Shown here: positions 18,520 to 29,289 of the stretch, one piece after another
Layout of the letters: the number at the start of each line of letters is the position of its first letter
Numbering within the stretch: the first letter of the stretch is position 1
NCBI RefSeq assembly: GCF_028368995.1
Contig: NZ_JAQNDL010000001.1
Location: forward strand, 2,880,001 to 2,944,000
Reading direction: 5' to 3'
DNA from: Nannocystis bainbridge
GTDB taxonomy: Bacteria; Myxococcota_A; Polyangia; Nannocystales; Nannocystaceae
Length of the DNA stretch: 64,000 bases
Made by a program: the position numbers and the translations under genes
The notes under the pieces: model-generated
What the model saw: only the letters and a program-made list of their open reading frames with translations
What the model was told of the DNA's origin: nothing
Databases searched by the model: none

Positions 18520-19977
18520 ATGCCCACTCGCGGACCTATCTGGTGCACCTTGTTCCTCGCTCTCGGCGTACCCGCGCCCGACGCCGGCGCCAGCGTCTCA
18601 CCACCTGTCCTCGAGGACAGATATTCCACCACGCAAGCCCCTGGCCCGCTCGCAACGACGAACGCGGCGGTCCTCGAGCACACCCTCGGTCAGGCGCGTG
18701 GCCTCGCCGCGCTCGCGCGCCTGGCCGTCGCTGACGACGAAGGCATCGCCCAGGCCGCCCGCGCCCGCCTGCGCGCCCGCGGGCCCGAGGGCCTCCGCGC
18801 CTTCGAGCGCGCCCACGAGCCGGCCCTGACCGCCGCCCTCGACGCTCTCCTCGCGGCCGCCGAGGCTCCCATGGATCGCCGCGATCCGGCCGGCCTCCGC
18901 GATCCCGCTCGCGCTCGCCTGCTCGACGCCCTCGACCAACTATGCGGCCAGCGCGACTGTCTGGCGTCGCGCCTCTACTGGCACACCGACCTCGACGAAG
19001 CTGTGCGAACGTCCAGGCGCGAGGGCAAGCCCGTCCTCTCGCTGCGCCTGCTCGGCGACCTGCGCGACGAGCTGAGCTGCGCCAACAGCCGCTTCTTCCG
19101 CGCCCTGCTCTACCCCGACCCAGCAGTGCGCGCCCTCCTGCGCGACCGCTTCGTGCTCCACTGGAGCAGCGAACGGCCCGCCCCGAAGATCACCATCGAC
19201 CTCGGCGACGGCCGCCAGGTCGTCACCACCATCACCGGCAACAGCGCCCACTTCGTGCTCGACGCCGCCGGCCGTCCGGTCGACGTCGTGCCCGGCCTCC
19301 ACGCGCCCGCCGAATTCCTGGCCGCCCTGCAGCGCGCCGAGGCCCTCGCGCGTCGCACCGCCATCCTCGCAGGTCCGGCCCTGCGCGACGCGCTCGCCGC
19401 TCATCACGAGGCCCGGGCGCGCGACCTCGACGCGTCGTTCGCCCTCATGGTGGGCTCCGCCGGGCGACGCCCGCTGCCCCGCGGAGCTCGCCCCGGCCCC
19501 GACCTCCCGCGCGCCGGACAGGCCGCCCCGCTGGCGATCGGCAAGATGGACGTCGAGGCCCCGCTGCTGCGCGCCATCGGCGAGCCCGTCGACCCGCTCA
19601 CCTCGCGCTACGATCGGATCGCCGAGCTCGCCGCGCCCGCGATCGTCCTCTCGCGCGCGAGCCTCGGCCTGCTGCGCACGCAGCAGTGGCGCAGCGGCGA
19701 CGCCGTGCGCGACGCGGCCGACCTCACCGCGACGCTCGACGGCCTGCGCCGCACGCTCGCGCTCGACACCCTGCGCAACGAACAGGAGATCCACCGCGAG
19801 ATCCACGAATGGTGGGCCCGCGGGGCCGACGCGCCGCGCGACCTCTCGACCCTCGTCCGCCGCGTCTACGACGACCTGTTCTTGACCCCCGCCCGCGACC
19901 CCTGGCTCGGACTCGCCGACCCGAAGACCTACGGCGGCCTCGTCGGTGGCGGCCGGCGGACGCACGCGCACCTGTGA
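18520..19977 (+). CDS. Secreted protein with a thioredoxin-like domain
   Basis: LYWHTDLDEA..GKPVLSLRLLGDL..ELSCANSRFFR..FVLHWSS; signal-like N-terminus. Confidence 0.7.
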   Translation: MPTRGPIWCTLFLALGVPAPDAGASVSPPVLEDRYSTTQAPGPLATTNAAVLEHTLGQARGLAALARLAVADDEGIAQAARARLRARGPEGLRAFERAHEPALTAALDALLAAAEAPMDRRDPAGLRDPARARLLDALDQLCGQRDCLASRLYWHTDLDEAVRTSRREGKPVLSLRLLGDLRDELSCANSRFFRALLYPDPAVRALLRDRFVLHWSSERPAPKITIDLGDGRQVVTTITGNSAHFVLDAAGRPVDVVPGLHAPAEFLAALQRAEALARRTAILAGPALRDALAAHHEARARDLDASFALMVGSAGRRPLPRGARPGPDLPRAGQAAPLAIGKMDVEAPLLRAIGEPVDPLTSRYDRIAELAAPAIVLSRASLGLLRTQQWRSGDAVRDAADLTATLDGLRRTLALDTLRNEQEIHREIHEWWARGADAPRDLSTLVRRVYDDLFLTPARDPWLGLADPKTYGGLVGGGRRTHAHL

Positions 19978-20092
19978 GCGCGCGCGGGCCCGCCCGCTCG
20001 CACCCGTGCCGACAATTCCTGCCCCGAGCCCAGCCGACTGTGTAACTCTCGGGCCCGGAGGCCGGGGGCGTGGGACCCGCGGGCTCGTGCGC

Positions 20093-20779
20093 ATGAGTGA
20101 TTTCCTCGTCGAAGCCGCCCGCAGCAGCCCCGCGATCGCCGCGAGCCTGAGCAAGCTCCGGCAGCGCGCCGAGGCTGCGATCCGCGACGCCGCGATCGCC
20201 GACACCGTGCTCGACGCCCGCGATTCGGCGCCGCACCCGACCGTCCCGCGCGGCTCGGACAGCGCGACGGTGATCCCGCGCGAGCACGCCCACTCGAACG
20301 CGATCGACGCCAACACACGCGACGCCCGGAGCTGGAGCGCCGACCTCCTGCGCGACGTCGCCGCGCCCGACGTGTTCGCCAGCAACCCGCTCGGCGAGCT
20401 CGAGCTGCTGGCCCTGCGCAGCGCCCAGGCCCTGCGGACCCAGGGCTCGCGCCTGCGGCAGTTCACCATCCTGGTCGCCGGCCTCGCCGCCGCCGTCGTC
20501 GGCGCCGGCCTCTACGCCGCCGTTCAGGGCGAGTACGGCCTCGCCGGCGGGCTCGTCCTCGGCGGCCTCGTCGTGCTCGCGCTCGTCATCGGCAAGTGGA
20601 ACCCGTTCCGCCGGGCCGCCCGCTCCGCCGAGCTCGCCGAGCTCGCCGACGCCACCGCCACCACCCTGCGCCTGCGCATGCGCGCCCTCGCCGAGCTCGG
20701 CGACAGCAAGACCCGCGCGCTCGAGCAGTGGAAGGTCGTCATCGAGATGACCGAGTCCGTCCGCCGCCGCCACGCGTAG
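20093..20779 (+). CDS. Hypothetical 2-TM membrane protein
   Basis: ATG at 20093; two hydrophobic helices followed by a helical tail. Confidence 0.65.
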   Translation: MSDFLVEAARSSPAIAASLSKLRQRAEAAIRDAAIADTVLDARDSAPHPTVPRGSDSATVIPREHAHSNAIDANTRDARSWSADLLRDVAAPDVFASNPLGELELLALRSAQALRTQGSRLRQFTILVAGLAAAVVGAGLYAAVQGEYGLAGGLVLGGLVVLALVIGKWNPFRRAARSAELAELADATATTLRLRMRALAELGDSKTRALEQWKVVIEMTESVRRRHA

Positions 20780-20790
20780 AAGATACTTTG

Positions 20791-20828
20791 GGACATGTCG
20801 ATATCGACATGTCCTGAAAGACAGCCGC
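20791..20828. repeat. Cluster of the 14-bp-period palindrome
   Basis: ggacatgtcg 20791, cgacatgtcc 20805, degenerate copy at 20819; between convergent genes. Confidence 0.8.
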
Positions 20829-20841
20829 CTCAAACGCGCGA

Positions 20842-22551
20842 CTAGGTCGCCAGGCGGTGTGTCAATGCCACGAGCGCCTCCCGCACCGCCTGCACCTGCG
20901 ACGGGTCCTGCGCGTCGAGCACGGCACGGAAAGCCGCGATCCCCTCGCCGAGCTCCGACCGGGCCGGACCGGTCAGCTCCGCGTACAGCGCCATCGCCCG
21001 CGCCAGCGCCGTCGTATTGGGCAGCGCATCGCGCGGGTGGAACTTGAACCGCTGCATCTCCTGGCGTGCCCGCTCGATCTCCGCTGTCGAGAGCTTGACC
21101 GCGCTGCCGTGGAACAGCGTCGACACGCTGTTGGTAGTGCCGACCACCTCCGCGTCGACCTCGAGCAGCCCATTGAGATCGTAAGTGAAGCGGACATCGA
21201 TGAGCACCTCGCCGGCGGATCGCTTCGGGAGCCCCTTCACCTCGACGTGGCCGAGCAGCGTGTTCTTGCTGGCTTGCGGGTGCTCACCCTGGCATACGAG
21301 GAACGCGATCTCGGTCTGTCGATCGCGGACAGTGCTGTAGCGCTGGACCCGGCTGCAGGGGATCACCGTCCCGCGATCGATGATCGGCGAGAACACATCG
21401 GCCACCTCCGCTCCGCTATATCGGCTCGTCACGGCGGTGCCGAGCGTGAACGGGGTGATGTCGGTGACTACCAAATCGCCGAGAGCGGTGTCGCCAGCGA
21501 CGAGCCCGGACTGGACTGCGGCCCCCATCGCCACCGCCTCGTCGGCGGGCAACGTGCAGAGCGGCAGGCGGCCGAACATCCGCGCGGCCAGCCGTCGCAC
21601 ACACGGCATGCGCGTCGCGCCGCCGACCAGCAGCACCTCGTCGACCTGGGACGGATCGATCCGCGCGTCTCGCAGGGCACGAACGATCACCCGCCGCAGC
21701 CGCTCCAGCAGACCCTGCCACGCCTGCTCTGCGGTCACGAGCGTGATCTCCTCGCTCAGGGCCACCCGCTCTCGACCCACGCGCAGCTCGGGATGCGCGA
21801 CCTGGACGACCTCCATGCTCGACAGCCGGTGCTTGGCCGACTCGCACAGCTCGCGCATCAGGGACCACGCTCGGCGGTCGGTGCGGAGGTCGACCCCCCG
21901 CTCTCTCACCAATCGCTCCCGCACCAGTTCCGTCAACACTTCGAGGAAATCCTCGCCACCGAGACGCGCGTCCCCGGCCGACGCCTGGACCTCCATCACC
22001 CCCTCGATAATCTCGAGCACCGTGACATCGAAGGTCCCGCCGCCGAGGTCGAGCACCACCACGCGCTGCTCGCGGTCGGCCGCATGGAGCCCGTACGCCA
22101 GCGCCGCAGCCGTCGGCTCGTGTACCAGGCGCTCGACCTTGAATCCAGCGATCTGCCCCGCCTCGCGGGTCGCCGAGCGCTGAAGCTCGCCAAAGTACGC
22201 CGGGACCGTGATCACCGCCCGCTCCACCGGCTGCCCCAAGGCCGCCTCCGTGTCCTCTTTGAGGCTACGCAGCACCATTGCGGACAGCGCCTGCGGCGTG
22301 AACTCTCGCCCACCGATCGAGTATGTGCGCGACGTACCCATGTCGCGCTTGAACACCGCCGCCGTCGCTTCGGGGTGCGTGACGAGCCGCGCCCGTGCGG
22401 CCGCGCCGACGACCCAGCGTCCGTCATCGAGCAGGCTGACGGCGCTGGGCGTGAGCGTCTCGCCGAGCGAGTTGGCCAGCACGCACGGCCGACCATCCTG
22501 TAACGCGCAGACGAGCGAATAGGTGGTCCCGAGATCGATACCGACGATCAT
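20842..22551 (-). CDS. hscC: Hsp70 family chaperone, HscC-like
   Basis: MIVGIDLGTTYS, VITVPAYF, DLGGGTFDV, LVGGATRMP; HscC-type C-terminus KFHPRD. Confidence 0.85.
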   Translation of the reverse strand: MIVGIDLGTTYSLVCALQDGRPCVLANSLGETLTPSAVSLLDDGRWVVGAAARARLVTHPEATAAVFKRDMGTSRTYSIGGREFTPQALSAMVLRSLKEDTEAALGQPVERAVITVPAYFGELQRSATREAGQIAGFKVERLVHEPTAAALAYGLHAADREQRVVVLDLGGGTFDVTVLEIIEGVMEVQASAGDARLGGEDFLEVLTELVRERLVRERGVDLRTDRRAWSLMRELCESAKHRLSSMEVVQVAHPELRVGRERVALSEEITLVTAEQAWQGLLERLRRVIVRALRDARIDPSQVDEVLLVGGATRMPCVRRLAARMFGRLPLCTLPADEAVAMGAAVQSGLVAGDTALGDLVVTDITPFTLGTAVTSRYSGAEVADVFSPIIDRGTVIPCSRVQRYSTVRDRQTEIAFLVCQGEHPQASKNTLLGHVEVKGLPKRSAGEVLIDVRFTYDLNGLLEVDAEVVGTTNSVSTLFHGSAVKLSTAEIERARQEMQRFKFHPRDALPNTTALARAMALYAELTGPARSELGEGIAAFRAVLDAQDPSQVQAVREALVALTHRLAT

Positions 22552-23477
22552 GCCGCCTCCACGATCGATCGCACCAGCCCGATCACGATCATGAGGACGC
22601 AGACGGCCACGGTGGCGTAGAGGTAGCGATCCTGCCATTTTTCGTGGATCCGCCACGACAGCTCGTGAAGCAGCGGGGCCCAGCGGCGGAGCAGGCTCAA
22701 ATTGACATCGGTGAGGAAAGGATGCGCGGTGAACACCTGCGCCAGGCCTCCAGGGCGCCGCTCGAGCAGAGCCTCCGCAAGCTCGGCCCGCAGCACCGCA
22801 GAGAACTCGTCCGGCAGCGACAGCAACTCGCAGCTGAAGATCCACCGTTCTGACTCGTCGGCGAGCATTTCGAGCGCGCGTTGCATCGGGAGCCACTGCA
22901 GGCTCCAAGCACCGATCCTCCGCGCCGCCGGCAGCTCGCCGCGCACCATCAGCATCAACTGCGCGTCGATCACCGGCGACACTCGGATGTCGGCGGCCTC
23001 GCCGAACGGCTCATCGCAGGCACGTTCGAGGAGCACCTCGACCAGGCCAGCACCTGCCTCGCTTGCCCCGCTGTCGATGAGCCGGAGCGCCACGGCGAGC
23101 AACCGCGACACCGGACGGCCCAGCGCGACCTCGGTCTCCTCGGCCTCGACGAGCAACGCATGATGTCGTCCGATCCACCCCCGCAGCGCCTCGTCGTGGG
23201 GCGAGCGGTGGGGTCCGGGCGACTGGCCCGACCGTGTCGCACCCGACGCTCGCGGCGGGCGAGGATTCCACCGCGGAGTAGCCGCCTCCGTCCCGGCGGA
23301 CAGCACCTCGAATGCACTGCGGACCCGCTGAAATTCCACGGCATCGCGCTCCGGCGAGGACCGGCGGATCGCTCGCAGATAGGCCCGCCGCACCACCTCC
23401 GCCCGCTTTTCGACCGGCAGCAGCTCGAGCTCTTCCTGCGTCAGGCCCAGGATCTTCAACGCATCTTCGGTCGTCAC
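22548..23477 (-). CDS. Membrane-anchored J-domain-like co-chaperone (DjlB/DjlC-like)
   Basis: ALKILGL..VVRRAYLRAIRRSSPERDAVEFQRVRSAFEVL; C-terminal TM; ATGA overlap with the Hsp70 gene. Start uncertain. Confidence 0.7.
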   Translation of the reverse strand: MTTEDALKILGLTQEELELLPVEKRAEVVRRAYLRAIRRSSPERDAVEFQRVRSAFEVLSAGTEAATPRWNPRPPRASGATRSGQSPGPHRSPHDEALRGWIGRHHALLVEAEETEVALGRPVSRLLAVALRLIDSGASEAGAGLVEVLLERACDEPFGEAADIRVSPVIDAQLMLMVRGELPAARRIGAWSLQWLPMQRALEMLADESERWIFSCELLSLPDEFSAVLRAELAEALLERRPGGLAQVFTAHPFLTDVNLSLLRRWAPLLHELSWRIHEKWQDRYLYATVAVCVLMIVIGLVRSIVEAA

Positions 23478-23590
23478 TTCGTCACGCTGGCACGCCCGCG
23501 GCGTCGTCGTCAATCGGCTCGCCATTATGAACAATGTTTCGCGGCGACGCGCTCGACCGATCCTCGCCGTTATCCGCTATCGTGACCTGC

Positions 23591-24637
23591 ATGTCGCAAC
23601 CTCGCTCGCTCCTCGGCCTATTCGGTAGGCTCCTCGGCCTGTACGCACGGCGCCAGCCTCGACTGGCCCTATTCTCGGTCTTCATGCTCGTGGTATTTGC
23701 CGGCCTCGGCGGGCAGCGGTCCGCCGCGCCGTCGACTGCCTCGATCCAGCTCGCGGTGCTGGCGGAGGGCTTCGGCCTGCTCCACGGCGACGCGGGCGCG
23801 CGGCGCTTCGTCGAGTTCGCCCCCGACGGCACGCAGCGACGCGAACTGTCGCTCGACCTCGATGCTGACGCACGCTTGGTCGGCACACGCCTCGGCGCCG
23901 CTCTCGGCTGGAAAGACGGCAAAAAGGTTCGGCTGGCCGCGTTCGACGATCGCGGTCGATTGACGGATCCGTCGACGTGGGGCAAGTCAGTCCAGCGCCT
24001 GTGCGACGGCGCGGCCACCGGCGACGGCCGCTTCGCGGTCGGATGGATCGAGCAGGACGGCAAAGTGTGGTTCGTTCACGGCCCGATGGCACAGGCCATC
24101 GCCTTCGAGGCTCCGCATGCGGCCGACATCGAGCCTCTGCGGGCAGACTGGTGCGGCATCGCCTCGGCGGAGCACAACATCGCCCTGATGTGGAAGGGCA
24201 AGCATACCTACATCAATTTCTGCGGTCCGCGCGAATGCTCGAGTCTGGTCGCCCGAATCCAGATCGACGCACGTGAGCGTGTACTGAGCTTTGGTTGCCT
24301 GCGCGACAGCTGCCTCGTCGGCACACGGGATGATCGCGGCATCTCCCGCGTCCACCTCGTGACCCCGCTCGGCAAGATCGCGTGGAGCCGCACGCTCGCG
24401 CCCGGAGACGGCGGCGCTTTGACGATCGTCGGCGCTGGCGATCGCGCGTTCCTGGTCGCCGCCGCTGACGGCGACGGCTCCCAGGTCCTCCGCTTCGAAA
24501 CGACAGGAAAGAGCACACCGGTGTGGCAGCGCCGCGGCGCCTCGGTCCCGAGCCTCGCTTGGTCGCGTGGGCGTCTCGCCCTGGCGCACGCGGAGGCTGG
24601 CGGGGTCCGTAACGAGTTTGTCACGGTCCCCCGCTGA
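23591..24637 (+). CDS. Hypothetical exported protein
   Basis: Hydrophobic N-terminus; beta-rich body with several Cys. Confidence 0.6.
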   Translation: MSQPRSLLGLFGRLLGLYARRQPRLALFSVFMLVVFAGLGGQRSAAPSTASIQLAVLAEGFGLLHGDAGARRFVEFAPDGTQRRELSLDLDADARLVGTRLGAALGWKDGKKVRLAAFDDRGRLTDPSTWGKSVQRLCDGAATGDGRFAVGWIEQDGKVWFVHGPMAQAIAFEAPHAADIEPLRADWCGIASAEHNIALMWKGKHTYINFCGPRECSSLVARIQIDARERVLSFGCLRDSCLVGTRDDRGISRVHLVTPLGKIAWSRTLAPGDGGALTIVGAGDRAFLVAAADGDGSQVLRFETTGKSTPVWQRRGASVPSLAWSRGRLALAHAEAGGVRNEFVTVPR

Positions 24638-24649
24638 AGCCTCCCGGGT

Positions 24650-25297
24650 TCAGCCCTGCACCGGCCTGAACTCCGGCCCGCGGAACACCTGCCTGGCGTT
24701 GCCGCGCTCGATCGCGTTGTGCTCATCCCAGCGGGCTCGTTCGGCCTCGCCGCGGCGGGCGGCCGCCCCGGCCAGCAGCAGGGCCGCCAGCCGCTCGCGG
24801 GCGATCCGGCGGTTCTGCCCCTGCGAGCGCTCCTCGCGGGCCACCACCTCGAGGCCCGACGGTTTGTGGCGCAGACGGACCGCCGTGCTGCGCTTGTTGA
24901 CGTTCTGCCCGCCCGAGCCGCCGCTGCGGACCGCCGACTCCTCGAGGTCCGCCTCGCGCAGCGTCGCCTCGACCTCCGCCTCGACCGGCAGGCGCGTCAG
25001 CTTGACGAACCAGTTGCGCCGGCGGTGCGTCGGCCGCAGCGGGCTGCGCCCGATCCACTGCGCCGTGCCCTCCCACTGCGACAGCAGCGTCGCGATGGCT
25101 GTCCCATCGGACATGTCCTCGAGTTCATACACCAGCGACCACGCCGTCTCGGCCGCCGGCCCGTCCGCGCGCTGCAGCTCCTCGCAGCCGAGGCCCGCCG
25201 CCGCCGCCGCCGCCACGAACACCGGCCCGAGGCGGTGGACCACCCACGCCAGCTCCGGCGGCCCGTGACCGCCGGAGATCAGGACCCACGCCTTCAT
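24650..25297 (-). CDS. prfH: Peptide chain release factor homolog PrfH
   Basis: [42 protein letters not shown] (GGQ); coupled to rtcB. Confidence 0.92.
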   Translation of the reverse strand: MKAWVLISGGHGPPELAWVVHRLGPVFVAAAAAAGLGCEELQRADGPAAETAWSLVYELEDMSDGTAIATLLSQWEGTAQWIGRSPLRPTHRRRNWFVKLTRLPVEAEVEATLREADLEESAVRSGGSGGQNVNKRSTAVRLRHKPSGLEVVAREERSQGQNRRIARERLAALLLAGAAARRGEAERARWDEHNAIERGNARQVFRGPEFRPVQG

Positions 25298-26481
25298 CGT
25301 CGGCTCCTCGTCTTGTAGGTCAGCACCGGGCGCAGCGTCGCCACCACGGTGCACAGGCCGGCCGCCACCAGGTCGCCGACGACCGTGTCGATCTTCTTGT
25401 ACGCCTCCGGCGCCTCCTCGTAGAGCAGCTCGCGGTCCTCGCAGATCACCCGCCCGCCGAGGGCCGTGCGCACCAGGTCGTCCGGGCGATAGCGGTCCTG
25501 CAGCCGCTCCTTGACGTCGCCGCGGCGCCACTTGCGACCTGCCCCATGGGCCAGGGACCAGCCGGCCTCTGCGCGGCTCGGGTCCGGCTTCACCACGTAG
25601 CTCAGCGCCCCGCGCGAGCCGGGGATCACCACGATCCCCGCCGTCGACGGCGCCGCGCCCTTGCGGTGCAGCCACCGCTGCGGCGCGCCGTCCGGGCACG
25701 GCACCACTGCGTTGTGGCACACGTCGAGCACCGGAGCGATCGCCGTGCCCAGCGCGTCGGCGAAGCGATGCGCGATCAGGGCCCGGTTGGCCCCCGCCCA
25801 CGCCACCGCGCCGTCGTGCGCCCGCAGGTACGCCTGCGCGTCCGCGCTCGCGCTGTCCAGCCCCGCCGCCGCGAACCGGTCGACGTGGGCGCGCAGGATC
25901 GACTCGCCGAGCCCGCGCGAACCACTATGGACCAGCAGCACCAGCGAGCCCGCCGCGATCCCGAGCGAAGCCCACGCCTCGGCGTCTTCGATCGCATCGA
26001 CCTGCTGCAGCTCCGCGAAGTGATTGCCGCCGCCGATGGTCCCGAGCGACCCGTCGTGGTCCGTCGCCGCGACTGTCCTTTCGGCCAGGAACGCCCGCGG
26101 ATCGCCCTCCCACGGCCCGTCGAGGTCGCCCAGGCGATCGGCCCAGCGCTCGAGCTTCTGCTTGCGCTGCGGCAGCTCCGTGCCCCACAGCGCCATCCCG
26201 CAGCCGATGTCGTTGCCCACCAGGTGCGGATAGATCCGCCCCTCGCTGACGAACGCCGCCCCGATCGGCGAACCCTTGCCCGGGTGGAGGTCGGGCATCC
26301 CGACCGCCGCGATCATGCCCGGCAGCGTCGCCGTCCGCTCGAGCTGTTGCACCGCCTCGCCCTCGATCCACGTCTTCGGCGACGCCACGATCCGCACCGC
26401 CGGCCTGTCTTGCGTATCCATCCCTGCACCTCCGCGTGGCGCCTGCCGCTCCGCGCTCTCGTCATCCTGCTTCGTCATCAT
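25294..26481 (-). CDS. rtcB: RNA ligase RtcB2
   Basis: [63 protein letters not shown]. The start may be 26481, 26478 or 26421. Confidence 0.93.
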   Translation of the reverse strand: MMTKQDDESAERQAPRGGAGMDTQDRPAVRIVASPKTWIEGEAVQQLERTATLPGMIAAVGMPDLHPGKGSPIGAAFVSEGRIYPHLVGNDIGCGMALWGTELPQRKQKLERWADRLGDLDGPWEGDPRAFLAERTVAATDHDGSLGTIGGGNHFAELQQVDAIEDAEAWASLGIAAGSLVLLVHSGSRGLGESILRAHVDRFAAAGLDSASADAQAYLRAHDGAVAWAGANRALIAHRFADALGTAIAPVLDVCHNAVVPCPDGAPQRWLHRKGAAPSTAGIVVIPGSRGALSYVVKPDPSRAEAGWSLAHGAGRKWRRGDVKERLQDRYRPDDLVRTALGGRVICEDRELLYEEAPEAYKKIDTVVGDLVAAGLCTVVATLRPVLTYKTRSRR

Positions 26482-27206
26482 CGCACCCCCGGCGGCAGCC
26501 GCCGCAGCTCGCGCTTGCTGATCTGCCGCTTCGCCGTCGCGTAGCGGTCCCAGTACCCGTACTGCTGGTTCAGCTCCCAGCCGCGCTGCCACATCGTCCC
26601 GAGCTTGCGCAGATCGCCGAGCAGCAGGTCGTGGACCTCGCGTTCCGGCTCGCTCGGCAGCGGCGACAGGGTGATGCGGTACCACTGCCCGTCGATCTTG
26701 CGGTACTGCGCCTCGCGGTCGATCAGCACCACCTCGATCTCGGGCGGCGGGGCCGCCGGCCCCGGCACGAACGGCAACTTCTTCAGCAGGCCCGAGTCGG
26801 GGCACACGTACACCTCCGCCCGCCGCCAGCCGTGGCCGATCGGCCGCACGCCCCACGAGCCGTGCTCGTACAGGCTGTCGCCGATCTTCACCACGTTGGT
26901 GTAGACCATGTCGCGCAGGTGGTCGAGCACGTGCTTCTGCACCGCGCTCGTCACCCGCAGGTGCGCGGCGATCTCCGAGTGGACGGCGTCCCACCGGCGA
27001 CCGACCCGGCTGAGCAGGAACCGGTGCAGCGGCGCCAGATTCTCGCTGAGGTACTTCGAGCGCCGATGTCGCTCCTTGATCGGCTCGACGTACGCGGCGG
27101 TCTCCGGCTCGGCGCGGCGGCGCATCGCCGCCCGTCCCCCTCCCTTGCCCCAAGCGCCGCCGCGGCGCGGCCGCTCGATAATCACTTCATACATGTCCCA
27201 ACGCAT
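26478..27206 (-). CDS. Basic conserved hypothetical protein, first gene of the rtcB2-prfH operon
   Basis: VIIERPR, LSENLAPLHRFL..VGRRWDAVHSEI, YVCPDSGLL, KRQISKRELR; GAGGTG RBS; overlaps the rtcB start. Confidence 0.8.
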   Translation of the reverse strand: MRWDMYEVIIERPRRGGAWGKGGGRAAMRRRAEPETAAYVEPIKERHRRSKYLSENLAPLHRFLLSRVGRRWDAVHSEIAAHLRVTSAVQKHVLDHLRDMVYTNVVKIGDSLYEHGSWGVRPIGHGWRRAEVYVCPDSGLLKKLPFVPGPAAPPPEIEVVLIDREAQYRKIDGQWYRITLSPLPSEPEREVHDLLLGDLRKLGTMWQRGWELNQQYGYWDRYATAKRQISKRELRRLPPGVR

Positions 27207-27281
27207 TCAACACCTCGCCTCTCCGCCCTCGCGGGCGATGGGGTCGATCTCACAGAAATCACAGCAGTTCGAATTGCCCAT
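27207..27281 (-). CDS. Candidate 24-aa leader peptide MGNSNCCDFCEIDPIAREGGEARC
   Basis: ATG at 27281; TGA at 27209-27207 directly abuts, in frame, the ATG of the next gene. Confidence 0.45.
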   Translation of the reverse strand: MGNSNCCDFCEIDPIAREGGEARC

Positions 27282-27795
27282 GGTGGTATTCTCGACACAC
27301 GACAATGCCCGGGGCACGCGCGGCGACGCTGCCCCCATTCGCCGCAATGGCGAATGAACAATGGGAGGCCTCCGCCGCCGCGTCAGGCCGGCCCGCGGGG
27401 GCGAGGCGAGGCCGCGACGCGCGAAGACGTCGCAGCCTCACCTCGCCCCGCGCGGGCCCTCGCTGGTGGGCTCGAGGCGCCCAGAGCGGCCGGAAACGGC
27501 CTTCTGGGCCCCAGGAGCGGCGTCCGGCAGCACGCGCGGGCGTCGTCACGAGGACGGCGCGGACGGCGGGTCGCGTCGCCTACGACGGCAGACGCACACC
27601 TCACCGCCTTGCGGCGTGAAGTCCCTCGGCGTCCGAGATCGGACTGCGCGAAGGCGAACGGACGCGGCCAGCGGGCCTGCGTTCGAGCGGATGTGGCTCA
27701 GTGGCGAGACATGACACGAACCGCCTGGTGAGAGGCGATGGGCACTCTATACGGTACGACCTCGGCGGCGTCAAGCGCCATTGCGATCGGTCGCA

Positions 27796-29286
<1,491 letters not shown>

Positions 29287-29289
29287 GCC

